A stretch of DNA of 64,000 bases. It comes from Octopus bimaculoides (Eukaryota). This document shows, piece after piece, positions 1-14,313 of the stretch. The position numbers were made by a program, and so were the translations under genes. A model generated the notes under the pieces. It saw nothing but the letters and a program-made list of their open reading frames with translations. It was not told the origin of the DNA and did no database searches. The stretch spans positions 69,805,354 through 69,869,353 of the forward strand of contig NC_068983.1 of assembly GCF_001194135.2 (NCBI RefSeq), given 5' to 3'. Numbering within the stretch: position 1 is the first letter of the stretch; each line of letters opens with the position of its first letter.

Positions 1-45
<45 letters not shown>

Positions 46-46
46 T

Positions 47-198
47 ACGACGGGCTTCTTTCAGTTTCCGTCTACCAAATCCACTCACAAGGCTTTGGTC
101 GGCCCGAGGCTATAGTAGGAGACACTTGTCCATGGTGCCACGCAGTGGGACCGAACATGGAGCCATGTGGTTCGTATGCAAGCTACTTACCACACAGC
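47..198 (-). mobile_element. tRNA-derived SINE, family 1 (5' part)
   Basis: Reverse complement of the head/body of the fuller copy at 36453-36820; abuts an (AT)n tract at 1-46. Confidence 0.75.
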
Positions 199-326
199 TG
201 CTCCAAGAGAATAAAATAGCAAGAAAAGACCATGTATATGTAAATGGGTTTACGTACAAGATGAATCTATGAGCAAAGTAGAACTCATTACCCATGTTAA
301 ATATGTATTTAATAGCTGGAGATATA

Positions 327-538
327 CGAGAGGGTGCTGAAAAGATCCTGGCTTTAGGTAAAAGAAAATACAGGATGTTCCGTTAATTATGATTTTATTC
401 AACATGTTTTCTCAGATTCAAACACTTATTTCAGTGGTCCTTCAATTTTTTAAAACCCTGTAAAAGAACTCGAGAAGTTGGGCTTCCAACCAGGCCTTTC
501 ACAGTACTCGTAAAGCCAGGAACTTTTCAGCACGCTTG
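327..538. mobile_element. mariner-type MITE
   Basis: TA|CGAGAGGGTGCTGAAAAGATCCTGGCTTTA ... TAAAGCCAGGAACTTTTCAGCACGCTTG|TA: ~30 bp imperfect TIRs with TA flanks, no ORF. Confidence 0.75.
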
Positions 539-660
539 TAGTTCTGGCTTGCTCATAACTTTGTCTTCTGGTATGGACATTTCTCAGATGTGGTTGGTTG
601 ATTGAAAACCCTCATAGTCCATTTCGTCTTTCCTTCATCCTTTTTCTCTCTCACAGTCAT

Positions 661-758
661 AAACACACGCACACACACACACACATACATGTATATTCAC
701 ACGTTTATATATACATACATATACATATACTTATATATACATACATATACATATAGTT

Positions 759-810
<52 letters not shown>

Positions 811-860
811 TTATGTATGTATGTATGTATATATATATACGTGTGTCTATATGTATATAT
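661..860. repeat. compound (CA)n/(TA)n/(TATG)n microsatellite
   Basis: Directly visible; accounts for low-complexity ORFs 602-937 and 731-973. Confidence 0.95.
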
Positions 861-1029
861 GTGCATACAAAGAGTGTGAGTGGTGGAATGTAGGGGCAGG
901 CTGGCAGAGATATCACCATTTTTACAATCGGTTTTAATGTGTTACAATCAGTTGCCTTTTCTGACAATAACACTTTCTATTACGTCTTACAATAAACAAA
1001 AATACAGTGTACTCATTCTGCAAGCCTCT

Positions 1030-1720
1030 GATGAAGGCTGCATGGTAATTTTCTTTTCATAGATGAGCCTCTGGCAGATTTTCCTTCGTTGATTCTTATG
1101 CTTGTAGTGGTCAAGATGGACTCAGTTGAAATGCAACTGTTGATGTTTTCTCTATATCTCTCCTTGATATTTTTCATCCAATTGCACATTTTTTTCTCAT
1201 ATTTATAAAGTATTGAATTTATTGATATTGTTGGTATTTTTGTGTGGATATTATTTTTGTGTTTGTCTGGACAGGTCGAGTGGGATAGTATTTCTTAATG
1301 TAATATTACAGTAGCGTCACCTAGATGAGTTGTTGTTTAGCGTCAGGTCAATCCTAATCGACCAGATATATGATAAAAGATATTCCAGTAGTTTCTATTT
1401 TGTATTTCAGAGTTATTTAGGATTGCATTATCCAATGTTCTATTACAATTTTCTTATGGCTGTAGAATCTGATTTGTGATACATTTTTTTTAATTCTTGA
1501 AAATCGAGTGACTGCTTAAAGAATACCTCGATTCCTTGAGTTTTTGTAGATTGGATTAAAGTTGGGTTGATGATGTTACCAATAATAAAGTTTGGAGGAT
1601 TCATTTGATTGCATCCGCTCCCTTTCAAATCAGCGCTTTTGTGCCCATTAAAGAAATACTTATCACTGCGACATTGCTGTAAATTGCATCTCTTACTCAA
1701 TTATTTTTTGTCTTATTCTT
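1030..1720 (-). mobile_element. degraded Penelope-like retroelement remnant
   Basis: Minus-strand peptides NPPNFIIGNI and QRRKICQRLIYEKK loosely resemble PLE thumb (SNHPPxIIKNI) and GIY-YIG C-terminal motifs; many stops and frameshifts. Confidence 0.35.
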
Positions 1721-4700
1721 TAGAATAACATCTATCAGTTACTTTCAGGGCTTCCTTTAACTGAAAAAAACTTTATAGAGAGCAAAAGAAGAAATTATAT
1801 CAGTTGTTTACTTGTTTATTTTGTTGTGATATCGCAGAAGATATATAGCAAGCGGGAAATGTCAAGCATTTCAACGAAAAGATAAGATAAAAAGCAAAGC
1901 TTGAAAATCAGAAAAGAAAAAAAAATCTATAAAAATTTTGTAGGTGAATGATTAAAAAGTTAATATAAACAAAATGATGGCGTTAAAGAAAACCACTTCA
2001 AGAGAAAGACATAATTTATTAGGATTGGATAATAAAAGTCAATAGAAAAACGAAACAAAATATTGCGCACTGCTACCATAGTTTCTCTCTCCATCCAACA
2101 TGTTCAACCACCAAAACATTAGTTACACTGTTTTGTCTCATTTTTCTGTTTTTCTCTTGGCCTGCTTTCTTGATTAATTGAATATTCACTCTGGTATCTC
2201 AGAGACTAGTGAAGCTAGAAAGTCGAGATTTTTTAATGATTATTTTTGTGAGATAGAAAAATAAAGTATCTTTTAGTTGTTTTGCATAATTTTGCTTTAT
2301 CAAGTTGTTTGAATATTAAATAAGCAACTCCGTTCAACATGAAATTTACATAGGAAAAGAAATTGCATTAGAAATACATTCATGCACATAGTTACATGGC
2401 AACATCATTTATTTCAGACATTGGTGTTTGTAATAGTAGTGCAAAATATTCATATATTGACCACATATATAGGGATATGTAGACATGCGTCCAAATTTTA
2501 AATGTCGGCGAATAACATACCATATGGGTAGTATATATCTGTATACGTGATGCTAATATACATTTTTGTATACACATATATTGACCACATATATAGAGAG
2601 AAATCCTAGTTTGTGTTTGTTCGTTAACATGTGGGTTAATTTTGGGAGAATTATTTCTCCAGTTAACGTAACCCTACGAAGGCATAGGTGAATGCTTACG
2701 ATTATCTTTTCACAACCATGCGGTCACAGATTCAACCACACACGCAGTATCTTTGTCAAAAGGTTTTACCGTTATCTCGGGTACAATGAGCGGAGTAAAC
2801 ATGTGTGAAAGCCATATATATATATATATATANNNNNNNNNNNNNNNNNNNNNNNNNNNNNNNNNNNNNNNNNNNNNNNNNNNNNNNNNNNNNNNNNNNN
2901 NNNNNNNNNNNNNNNNNNNNNNNNNNNNNNNNNNNNNNNNNNNNNNNNNNNNNNNNNNNNNNNNNNNNNNNNNNNNNNNNNNNNNNNNNNNNNNNNNNNN
3001 NNNNNNNNNNNNNNNNNNNNNNNNNNNNNNNNNNNNNNNNNNNNNNNNNNNNNNNNNNNNNNNNNNNNNNNNNNNNNNNNNNNNNNNNNNNNNNNNNNNN
3101 NNNNNNNNNNNNNNNNNNNNNNNNNNNNNNNNNNNNNNNNNNNNNNNNNNNNNNNNNNNNNNNNNNNNNNNNNNNNNNNNNNNNNNNNNNNNNNNNNNNN
3201 NNNNNNNNNNNNNNNNNNNNNNNNNNNNNNNNNNNNNNNNNNNNNNNNNNNNNNNNNNNNNNNNNNNNNNNNNNNNNNNNNNNNNNNNNNNNNNNNNNNN
3301 NNNNNNNNNNNNNNNNNNNNNNNNNNNNNNNNNNNNNNNNNNNNNNNNNNNNNNNNNNNNNNNNNNNNNNNNNNNNNNNNNNNNNNNNNNNNNNNNNNNN
3401 NNNNNNNNNNNNNNNNNNNNNNNNNNNNNNNNNNNNNNNNNNNNNNNNNNNNNNNNNNNNNNNNNNNNNNNNNNNNNNNNNNNNNNNNNNNNNNNNNNNN
3501 NNNNNNNNNNNNNNNNNNNNNNNNNNNNNNNNNNNNNNNNNNNNNNNNNNNGTGTGTGTGTGTGTGCGTGTGTGTGTATGCACGCGTGTGAATTCTAAAT
3601 ACAAAACCTCAGGAAATTGGTTTTGTTTTTATGCGTCGTCAGTGAAGTCGTACGAGAGAATGAAAAAAGAAATATTGATTTATTATTAACTCCACTAAAA
3701 TCCTTGTTCTGAAAGAGAATATAGAATTCGATTTGCAGCTATTTGCGAATGTAGACGATATTTAGATATAGCTGACGTTAGATTTCAACGAATGAAAAAA
3801 GAACTTTTCCATTACCTTGCATTACAATACGTTCGACAACATTTCTTTTGAAGAAAGTCGTCATCATAAGCATACCATTATTAAAGTATGTTTCATTTTG
3901 TTTTATACCTCAATACACTACATTTTCATTATTTCCTTTAACATCACTATCAACATCAACTGCAATTATAGCAGTGACATATCTGTAACATCGGCAGCAT
4001 GTAAGAAATAAGAACAATAATATCAACAGAACTGTAACTTTATTAACATCTAAAATTCTATGTTGAATAATAAAATATAATTTATCAGAATCTCTGGATC
4101 AATTTCTAACAAGTAAACCATCTTCAAACCGACGAGAGAGGGAGAAAAAGACAGGGTGAGTGGAAGAGAGTAAGGGCAGGCAGGTAGAGATATCACAGCT
4201 TTTACAATCGGTTTTAATACTGTCATAGTTTGGAGGGCGGTGAATCTCTTAATACTAAGGTAGAACTGTAAGTGCAAAAGAATCCGTAACGTCACTTCTG
4301 TGCTGAGAAACATATCGAATCTTTTAATTTTGCAATTTCCTAGGTATACCTGTTATACGAAATAATCATTTTGGTTTCAGAACTTTACACTATTTTAGAA
4401 GGTTTTTTTCTGTCTTTTTTTTCTGCATTTTTAGAAGCTTTGTTAAGGCGCAGTTTCGGAATTATGCGCATAGCCGAAGGTTTCTTTACTCGAACTCTGC
4501 AAGAAATTGCAGCTTAATTTCTGTTTAATCACACCATAAAATATTAGAAAAGAAGATATGAGGTATTAGATATTGCTTTATTTCCCTTTCAAAATAATAT
4601 CAATATCTATCCTAAGTAGAAAGTCACAAATTTTAAGAGATAGAACACTAACTCCTTTATTTAATGCATAATGTATTTATCTGTGTCGATGAAATCGAAC

Positions 4701-5155
4701 TTATACTGTAATTGTACGCAACTGAGTACGTAAGGGATTTTTCCCGACCCTTAATCAGTTCTGCTAGATGTTCCTTCTTTCAAAATAATATGGAATTTCG
4801 TTCATGAAACACGCACACTCATGGCATTTTCAGTTATGTTCACTAAATCACCAACTAATTCACTGCTAAAGAGTACAGGAACACTGCTTGGCTTCAAGGA
4901 GTAATTCGTGTAAATTAAAATGTCCAGTCAACATAAAATTCCATTACCAATAGACAATACGAATATATATAGACTACGCTTGGTTTAGCCGCTGGTTAGT
5001 CCTTATGATCAAAAGCGTTCCAGATGTGACCAACCAGTCTTTTTGTATACGTCGTCCTACTCTGTCCAATGCGTCTTTTTTTAAGACTGTATCAGTGGGA
5101 ATTGCGGTCGAGTATAGTTTAACAGGGTGAGTGTATATGGTTTGGTAAGCCTTAC

Positions 5156-5198
<43 letters not shown>

Positions 5199-6486
5199 TG
5201 TGTGACGGCTACTGATGTACTTTTGTGTTTTTAACATTGTGTGACTAAAAAGATACTATCCCAAGTCGAATACAACAGTTAATTAGGCTTCCAATAATGT
5301 TCTGCTTTAAATATGAGAGGCAGAGCTGGATACATCGCCTCCCCCCACGCATATATATTTTAAAGAAAGGCTTAGGAAGAGTATGAGTGTGTGTGCGCGC
5401 ATGCAGATATGTGGATGGTGTGTGTGCATTCGTGTGTGCGTATTTGTGTGTGCATGCATGTGTGTGCGCGTGCGTGTATATGTGTGTGATCTATCTATTT
5501 ACTCCTCTGTCTGTGTCTGCCATCCTGCTTCTATCATACATCCGTTTCACGCAGACCAATACTGTACTAATGCGAAAAGATCGTTTTACTATCGTTTTTC
5601 GCATGATTTTGCTTTCGACTTGATTTATTTATTCATTCCTTTTTTTTTTTCTTTTTTTCTTCACTCGAAAAATATCATCAAAGTGCCAGTCAAGCACTAG
5701 GTCGATTTATATATTTCTATATTGTATCCGAGATATAAATGGAAATATAATAGAAGACCACTTTTATGATCTTACATTCATAAAATACCCGTATTAATCA
5801 TACGGGGCTCATTCCTTTGTTTCCCATCTTTTACAATTACACACAAAAATAAGAAGATAAATAAAGACAAATAAAAGAAAATTAATTGAAGCAATAAATG
5901 ATCTCCGGTGTTCTAACACTATTGAGGTCGCCTTTCAAACGATACACTCACGAAACATTCCTCATTGCTTTGTTCCGTCATTATAACCCACAGCCTGGAA
6001 ATACCCGACTCTTAGTTACATCAATATCGAGGGAATCAATTTTGTTCTCTACAATTAATCTAACATTAATTATATCAGTAGGAATTTCATATGCTTCATT
6101 CTGCAATCTATTTCAGCACGTTTCGCTCTATTTTTTCACATAAATGGCAATATTTCACTGAGAATTTCAACGTTTAAGGATATTGCATTCATTTTCATTT
6201 GGGAATATGGGTATAAATATGCAAAGAGCAACAATTAACAAGTGAACAGTTTTACGCATGATTTCTTTCTTTTTATTTCATATTTCTTTTTGTTCGAAGT
6301 TTTTACTTTTACTTTCACTTTCAATATTTCGTTCATTTTCTGTTTTTATATTTTTATATCTTACCTCCACCAACCCGCACACACATGCGCACTACACACA
6401 GTGGTATTCCGTATCGTTTTATTCAAGGTCGTTCGTACATCCTATTTACTTTTCCATTAAATCAGCTCACTGTTTCTTTGTCTCCC

Positions 6487-6576
<90 letters not shown>

Positions 6577-6974
6577 ACACACATTCTTCTATATCTCTCT
6601 TTTCTCTCTCTCTCTCTCTTGCCTTTGTTGATTTTAATAGTTTTTTTCTGTATTGTTTCATTCATTATCATAGTCTGAAATCAAATACCTTTATATAATT
6701 CTAGGTTTCTACATCTGTAGGTAAAAAATAAGCACTGCTTATAAATAGACAATGCTTATAATCAATGCTTATAAATAGACACAGAGAATGCTTATAAGAA
6801 GGTAATAAATTGGTTGTCTGTTGAATGTTACTGAGAATACCTTGCGATGTTTATTTCGTCTCACTTTGCTCCCTGAACTTAAATCCCACCGAGCTCGACT
6901 TTCCTTGTCGTACTTTAGAGGTCGACAATCGATATATAGTACCAGTCAAGTCTTTTCTCTCCTCCCTTCCCCGC

Positions 6975-7021
<47 letters not shown>

Positions 7022-7032
7022 CNNNNNNNNNN

Positions 7033-7077
<45 letters not shown>

Positions 7078-7496
7078 CGCTATCTCTCAGGTCTTACAAT
7101 AAGTTTCGCAGGAAATAGACATATCATGTATTGATGCTTTAAATAAGTCCAAGCAATCATTTGATGTCTTATTGCAATAACGAAAGTTTGACTCAGCCCT
7201 ATCTGGCTCTATCTTCCTCTTTTATTCCTGCCTCTTCAGCCCGCATCATTTCTGCAAGAATGTTCACACGACCATATTACAGAAATTGTCGCCAAAATGA
7301 TTAATAGGGACAACAAAAAGCCTTATATCTCAAAAACGTTTTCCCACAGATATCGGGAGTGGGAATAAATAAAAATTAATGAAGTATCGATTCAAACATC
7401 TATACTAATTTCTTTTTACAACACTGATTTCGTCGTGGTTTAAAATAGATGAAACATGATCAATAGTATCTATAACGAACTGCTGCTCTTTCTTAT

Positions 7497-7595
<99 letters not shown>

Positions 7596-9067
7596 AGTGA
7601 GTGTTTGTGTGTATGTGTGTGTGCTTGTTATATTTATTGCGAGGATATGGTGAAAAAGGGTCTCAAATGTACGAAAATAGGTTATATGACAAAAAGTAAT
7701 TTTTTTTTTTATGTTAAAAAAAATTATAAATTTAGACCTATTTCCCTAAAAGGGAAATAAATGACAGAAATGAAACGAACACTAAACAATAAACGCAAAG
7801 ACACTTCCTCGTTTTATACAATTCTCACATCACGTTTTGTCTTCTTTTTAGATTATAGTCCACAGGCCTGAAGGCCAACAATTGTGAACTACAGCTGAAA
7901 ATGGTAGAAAGTTTTTAAATCTATCTATAAGACGATTGTCATGATAATGAAATATGAAGGCAAACAAAATACGTTACCTTGAAATAAAAATGTTGCTTAA
8001 AATAAAAGCTTTTATTATATGTTTATATTTATTCCATTAGTATCTTATTTGTTTTCTTATTTCATATATAATGATATTGGACCGTCCTTTGCACACATTT
8101 TCCTGGTTACGTCTATAAATAGACTAGATGTTGTTTGTAGTTGGTATTGGAGAATATTAACGCTAATTTATTCTTATTTTATCAGATTTTTGTCCGCAAG
8201 ATCGTGCTTGATATACAAACAAAGAGACAATAGACTGGCATAGAATATTCTAAACAGGTAGTTTACAATTAGCTGAACACACGAATAATCTGCGTTCTTT
8301 ACTGAACCAGTGATTAATCTCGTTTGAAAGAATGATTAATTTCATAGAAAGAGTGATTAATCTCTTTAAAAATCTCCTTGATTAATTTTATTGAAAGAGT
8401 GATTCTTTTCACCAGTCTGGGAACTCCTGCAATGGCTATGGGTATTGACTTTCCTCTTCGATCTAGAATTTTAAGAAATTTCCTACAATAATACAATAGT
8501 AATTAATTTCGATGAAAGATAACCAGTTAAGAGTTCTTTCCTGTTTTTAGTGATTAATAATTTTTCTGACAGGTTATTAGTGTTCTTAATGACTAATATT
8601 CTCACGTTTATCTGGAGTTGTTTAACTCATAGCTACACCTGATCAAGCAGACCTATGATTTAAACATTCTGGGGTTACCTCTTCGCAGACTAAATTACAT
8701 AATTTTACCTTCCTGACGAAAGGCGGTAGCATATAAAACTTTGACTTATTTCCTCACACACCGAAACTGTACGGGACAAAACTAAGATGAATTTACATAT
8801 TAATGAGAAGAGTTAGAGACAGCAGCCATTATGTTTCCAAACAGTTATGGATTGGGGAAATCTATGATGGTAAAGATTAGTAGATAGACGTCACAAAGTA
8901 AAACACATATATATATACACACTCATCACGCATAAACACACGCGCAAACACACACACACACACACATGAATATATATATATATATATATATACTCAAATA
9001 TTTATATATATGAATATATATGAATATATGTGAACATGTATGTATATATATGCATATACATTCATTC

Positions 9068-9119
<52 letters not shown>

Positions 9120-9321
9120 ATATATATGTAAAAATATGTATATGTATTTCTCTCTCAATCTATTATCTATCAATCTATGTATATATTCATACATACATAT
9201 ATATATACATACATTCATAATACATACATACATACATACATACATGTGTAGACAAACACACTATGTACATATGATTATATGCATACATATACAATATATA
9301 CATACACGCTCGCAAACAAAT

Positions 9322-9393
<72 letters not shown>

Positions 9394-9561
9394 CACACAT
9401 TCATGACATATATTATGCGCAAAATAATGTAAATTTAGAAAACTGAAATAAATTTAAATATTATAAAACCTCTCTGTGGGTTAAATTAGATCATGTGTGT
9501 GTGGGTGGGTGGGTGTGCGTTTATGCACATGTATACACACACATACAGACATGGACATTTA

Positions 9562-9976
9562 ACGAATGGTAGTTTTTTTAAAAATTATGAAGTAATATGG
9601 GAAAATGGTGTTTATTTGAAATATAAACTAAAAATTAAAAATCAAAAATTACGTTAAATTATACAAATTTCACATTTGATATTTCTGATGAGCAGAAGAG
9701 TTGTCTATAAATACTTATCAATATAGGATTCCATTATTCTATATTATCTAAGTCTATGAACTATATTTGGAATACAGGACAATATAATGGATTTTACTTA
9801 TAACTATCATGGATTATTACAGAAGACTTACCATGGAAGCATATATGAATTCAAAGACTCTCATACTAAAGTGTACTTACCAAAATCAAAAGCAGTAATT
9901 TTTAATTTTTAATTTATATTTCAAACAAACACCATTTTCCCATGTTACTTCATATTTTAAAAAAACTACCGTTCGA
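9562..9976. mobile_element. MITE-like element with ~80 bp TIRs
   Basis: 9563-9643 is the near reverse complement of 9898-9975; TA at 9560-9561 and 9977-9978. Confidence 0.55.
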
Positions 9977-11479
9977 TAACTTATATAAATTTCATATTTT
10001 ATATCTCTGAAGAGCAGAAGAGTTGTCTATAAATGCTTATCAATATAGGATTCCATTATAGGGACAGCACTTCTACGAAACGATCGTAAGATGCTTTAAA
10101 AACTTAATTCGAAACTTTTAAACTATCATATTTATTATTATATATTTATACTTATATATATTTACATATATTTATATATATTTATAATTTTAATACAACT
10201 ATTATTTTACACATGTATATATCTTTCTGAAGAATTTTCTAATATTGATTTCCTGATATTGATAATAATATATTATATAAAATATATATAGTTGCATGTA
10301 TGTATGTATGTGTGTGTATGTGGTGTGTGTGTGTGTGTTCTTTGAGTTTTAAATTCTTTTTGAGAGGTTTCAAANNNNNNNNNNCTGGCCACTAACCAAG
10401 TGGTAAGGCTCTTTTCTTTCGGTGAAAAAAGATGTTGGGCGTTTGTGGTCGTCTGAGTCGGCTGATGTTTGTACATATACATATTTGTGCTCATGCATAA
10501 CTTTTATTTTAGGAGCAGACATTCGTTTCACTTAAGTATTCAAATATCTGTGCTTCTCATATTTTACTCTTCAGTATACAAGTGTTTGTGCTTCACTCTT
10601 CTGTGTGCTTATGCATGATGAATGCATACACGTATGTATGTATGTATGTATGTATGTATGTATGTATGTATGTATGTATGTGTGTGTATGTGGTGTGTGT
10701 GTGTGTGTTCTTTGAGTTTTAAATTCTTTTTGAGAGGTTTCAAACCGGTTGCACACAAAGCAACAAGACTTTTTGAGTTACGAGAGTTCCCAGTGTTTGT
10801 AAATATGTGGTTGAGTCGGTGTGTTGGTTGAGCTGTCGACGCATACACTCAAGTGTGGGCATCTATTCACATAAGAATCTCACACGGAGAATTTCTGGAA
10901 TGTCTTACAAAAATTTTCACTTTACCGCTAATAGATTGGATTTGGAGAATCCACGTCAATTTCTTTTGCTCTTTTTCCGTGAAACCAAATGTTTCAAGAT
11001 TTTTGTGCAAATGAATGTATGTATGTATGTATGTATGTATATGTGCAGATTCGTATGTTTTGTTTTATGTATGTATTCTCATGCATATTGTTCCATGTCT
11101 TGTCATGGTCATGTATAATTAAATGATAAACTTCTGGAAAGTTTTACGGATTTTTACAGTTTCAGTGATGTCTTGGATCTGTAGTCATTGAATCAGCTTT
11201 TACCTTTCTAGTTTTGAGAAGCCTAATTTCTCACGATTGATATTTAGGCAGTGTGTTACATATCCCAGTGCTCCAACAACCTGAACTTTTAATCTGAATG
11301 GAGTAGCTGTAGATTCCTCAATAGTTCAGCAAAAGTATTTTCTCTGTCTGTCTGAGTGTCTGTCTGAGTGTCTGCCTGTGTGTCTGTCTGTGTGTCTCTC
11401 TGTGTGTCTGTCTGTCTGTCTGTATGTATGTATGTATGGATGTACGTATCTGTGTGTTTTTATGTACGTATGCATGCAC

Positions 11480-11510
<31 letters not shown>

Positions 11511-11982
11511 TGTATGTATGTATGTGTGTGTCTCTGTGTGTGTGTGTGTGTGTGTGTGTTTGTATGTGCGTGTATGTTTAGCTGGCTAGATATGTGGGTA
11601 GATATGAGTTTCCCACGATGATTAACTAATAATGTACCATACACTGTAACGGAGGCTAATCTCTAGCGATTTAAAATCTTATTTTATAAAAATTTTATGA
11701 GAATTTGTGTACGAAAAATGCCTTTTGGCCATTTAATGATTAAATATATTTTACGCGGCAAGAGGTAAATTTTACGGCTACCAGGTGATTTCTTATAATT
11801 CTGTATAAAAACAAGGTTTTGTGAGAATCATTCAGAAATTTCAGTGATCAGTATATTAGGGGCTCTGCTGATAGCGGGGTGTTATACCTATACATGAGAA
11901 TTAATTAATACCTACCTACCGACATACATACATACATGCATACATGCATACATACATACATACATACATGCATCCATGCATG

Positions 11983-12013
<31 letters not shown>

Positions 12014-12026
12014 GCATACATACATA

Positions 12027-12398
12027 GCGTGGCACTCTGTCGGTTACAACGACGAGGATTCCAGTTGATCCGATCAAACTGAACAACCTGCTCGTGAAAT
12101 TAACGTACAAGTGGCTGAGCAATCCACAGACACGTGTACCCTTGACGTAATTCTCGGGGAGATTCAGCGTGACACAGACTGTGAAAAGGTTGGCCCTTTG
12201 AAATACAAGTACAACAGAAACAGAAAGAAAGAGTGAGAGAAAGTTGTGGTGAAAGAGTACAGCAGAGTAATGCCGGAGCCTCGTGGAGCTTTAGTTGTTT
12301 TCGCTCAATAAACACTCACAACGCCCGGTCTGTGAATCGAAACCGCCATCCTACGACTGCGTGTCTGCTGCCCTAACCACTGGGCCATTGCTCCTCCA
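12027..12398 (-). mobile_element. tRNA-derived SINE, family 3
   Basis: Minus-strand head GGAGGAGCAATGGCCCAGTGGTTAGGGCAG...GGTTTCGATTC carries Pol III A and B boxes; (CATA)n tract at its 3' side. Confidence 0.75.
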
Positions 12399-12917
12399 CT
12401 ATACACACTCTATGACCGGACATATATTTAACTGCATATATGTGTGTGTGTGTGTGTGTGTGTAGATAGATAGATAGACACACACACATACATATATATA
12501 TACACATATATATACATACATATATATTCATACATATATATTCATATATATATANNNNNNNNNNNNNNNNNNNNNNNNNNNNNNNNNNNNNNNNNNNNNN
12601 NNNNNNNNNNNNNNNNNNNNNNNNNNNNNNNNNNNNNNNNNNNNNNNNNNNNNNNNNNNNNNTGTGTGTGTGTGTGTGTGTGTGTATGTGTGTGTGTGTA
12701 ATAGATACATAACAGTGAAAATTTAATCCGGAGATTGAAAAAAAATGAAGAGCAACCTTAATCAATTTTCGAACCTTATTGGGTTCTCATCAGAGGTGTC
12801 TTCATCAACTTGACCAATTCTAGAGAAACAAGAAGCCAACCTGTTTTTTTCTCAACAAATCCAACAGCCACGGTGAACTGGAGCTATTGTTTTGCATATC
12901 CCTGCAAAAGCTCTACT

Positions 12918-12993
12918 ATGATACAAATTTATTTTTATTCTTCATATATCTATCTTCGTGTATTCGTGTGTGGAGATAGCTCACAAACTTTTG
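12918..12993 (+). CDS. candidate first coding exon of the class C GPCR (possible signal peptide)
   Basis: MIQIYFYSSYIYLRVFVCGDSSQTF+G; phase-1 donor TTG|GTAGAT matches the phase-1 acceptor at 14218 giving QTFG-LKVFDCC (cf. VFT xTLG-xxIxDTC); weak donor, mediocre signal peptide. Confidence 0.3.
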
Positions 12994-13389
12994 GTAGATC
13001 TCAAACAATGGATCACGATGCAATGTGTATACTAGCGCACTATGAATTCCAGAAAATATAAGTTAAATCTTTTGAAATTACATATTGATTTCAGAATGTC
13101 TTGAAAAGCATATTACTCATAATTTAGCTTAACACAATTATGATTAGTAAAACAAGAATTGTCTTTTTATAATTTTTGACTTTAAAAGAGTTTTAGTTAA
13201 TATTCCAAGCGAAGGGCGCCGAAATTCTTTTCCATTTACTCCTCAATGCGCCTGTAATTGTACCACAAAGTGAAAAACAATGAAAAGTATTGTTTAACAT
13301 TGACGTTCGATTCATGTTCCTGCAATATTTCACGTGCCGGGTTTATTTTGATCTTTTTCTGTTGTTATTATTTACTGAATCTGGTGTAA

Positions 13390-13745
13390 TGAGGTTTGTC
13401 GATAACCTTTGCAAGACCTCTATGACTGATAAGCTTAGAGCCGCTAATGTTCCATTGAAAGTGTTGCCGGTCAACACCTACAGGAATGATATCGGAATTG
13501 TGAATATTCTAGAGGGCTGATGTTCTGGGAAGAAAGGACTGAGAAGAGTGGTTAGTGTGACACCTGGGAGATCATCACGACAAGGACGAAGAAAGGTGGA
13601 GTCGGTGGAGGTGTCTAACTGGTGGAAGTGCGAGAACAATGAGTTCCGGGAAGCAGAGGCCATTATAATAGCGATGCAAAGGACTGACCAATGATTGACG
13701 ATACATGTTACTGAGCCTCATGGCCCATAGGCAGTTCTCAGAAAT
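13390..13745 (-). mobile_element. CR1-like LINE 3' fragment
   Basis: Minus strand LHRYYNGLCFPEL...RCHTNHSSQSFLPRTSAL*N resembles the CR1-type RT C-terminus (FYRYYNGxCS..., RTxxFSxSFLPRTxxLWN). Confidence 0.55.
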
Positions 13746-14217
13746 TCTATTTCAGAATTACCACTTTAATCTGAATTCATAATAAAGTTTAATCCTGGGT
13801 TCAAGTTTAAGCTGAAATTGTACTAAAACACATGCTTAATAGAAATCAAAAAGAAGAAAAGGAGAATTTCCCTTTCATCTAACAACAATTCTTAGATCTT
13901 TATTATTTCTAATGAAGAAAAATATGAAACTATCCAAATAACTTGTAGCCCCAGGGAGATTTTTAAAAACTGTCTCCCGCAGTTAAGATGAGTGTGTTTT
14001 AAAATACATCGCATTAAGATGAATTTTTCGCTGATAGACCATGCTTTACAGTGACCATTTTAAATTATACAAAATTAGTTTGTTTAAGTATTAACAGAAT
14101 TATGTAGATAAGTCCCCTTTTTTCTCTCCCCCTTTCTCTTCTCTCCTTCTCTCTCTCTCTATCTCCCTGTCTGTTTGCCCGTTTATCAATCTCTTCCTTC
14201 TTTTCTCAATTTACAAG

Positions 14218-14313
14218 GTTTGAAGGTCTTTGATTGCTGTAGTTCTCCAAAAAGAGCAGTGGATATTCTGCTGAGCGAGATCAAAGGGCATGGATGTTCA
14301 ACAACGATAAATG
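14218..14313 (+). CDS. class C GPCR exon, VFT1 N-terminal lobe
   Basis: Pyrimidine tract + TACAAG|, donor AATG|GTAAGT; phase 1-1; (G)LKVFDCCSSPKRAVDILLSEIKGHGCSTTIN, parallel to GIVIDSCHS and GLLILDTCSS in the later repeats. Confidence 0.8.

Noticed and set aside
7250-7380. Acceptor-like site then PASFLQECSHDHITEIVAKMINRD, vaguely like a VFT first helix
   Set aside because: No phase-1 donor before the stop codon, so it cannot be joined to 14218.
7845-7905. Acceptor TTTTTAG|ATTATAGTCCAC as a possible upstream GPCR exon
   Set aside because: The frame needed for the phase-1 donor contains TGA; could only be non-coding.
8800-8870. MRRVRDSSHYVSKQLWIGEIYD+G with donor GATG|GTAAAG as alternative upstream exon
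   Set aside because: Phase-compatible but no signal peptide or acceptor support and a poor fit to the VFT motif.
9685-9720. CTGATGAG (also CTGATGAAGGC near 1028) as hammerhead cores
   Set aside because: No downstream helix II plus GAAA.
10296-10743. Near-identical ~80 bp blocks at about 10296-10374 and 10665-10743
   Set aside because: First copy ends at a short N-gap; most likely a scaffolding/haplotype overlap artefact.
12330-12398. tRNA-like sequences here and at about 20160-20229 and 36453-36520
   Set aside because: They are SINE heads continuing into repeat bodies, without complete cloverleafs.
13290-13520. Plus-strand ORF in GC-richer intronic DNA as a possible exon
   Set aside because: Better explained as the antisense of a CR1-like LINE 3' fragment.
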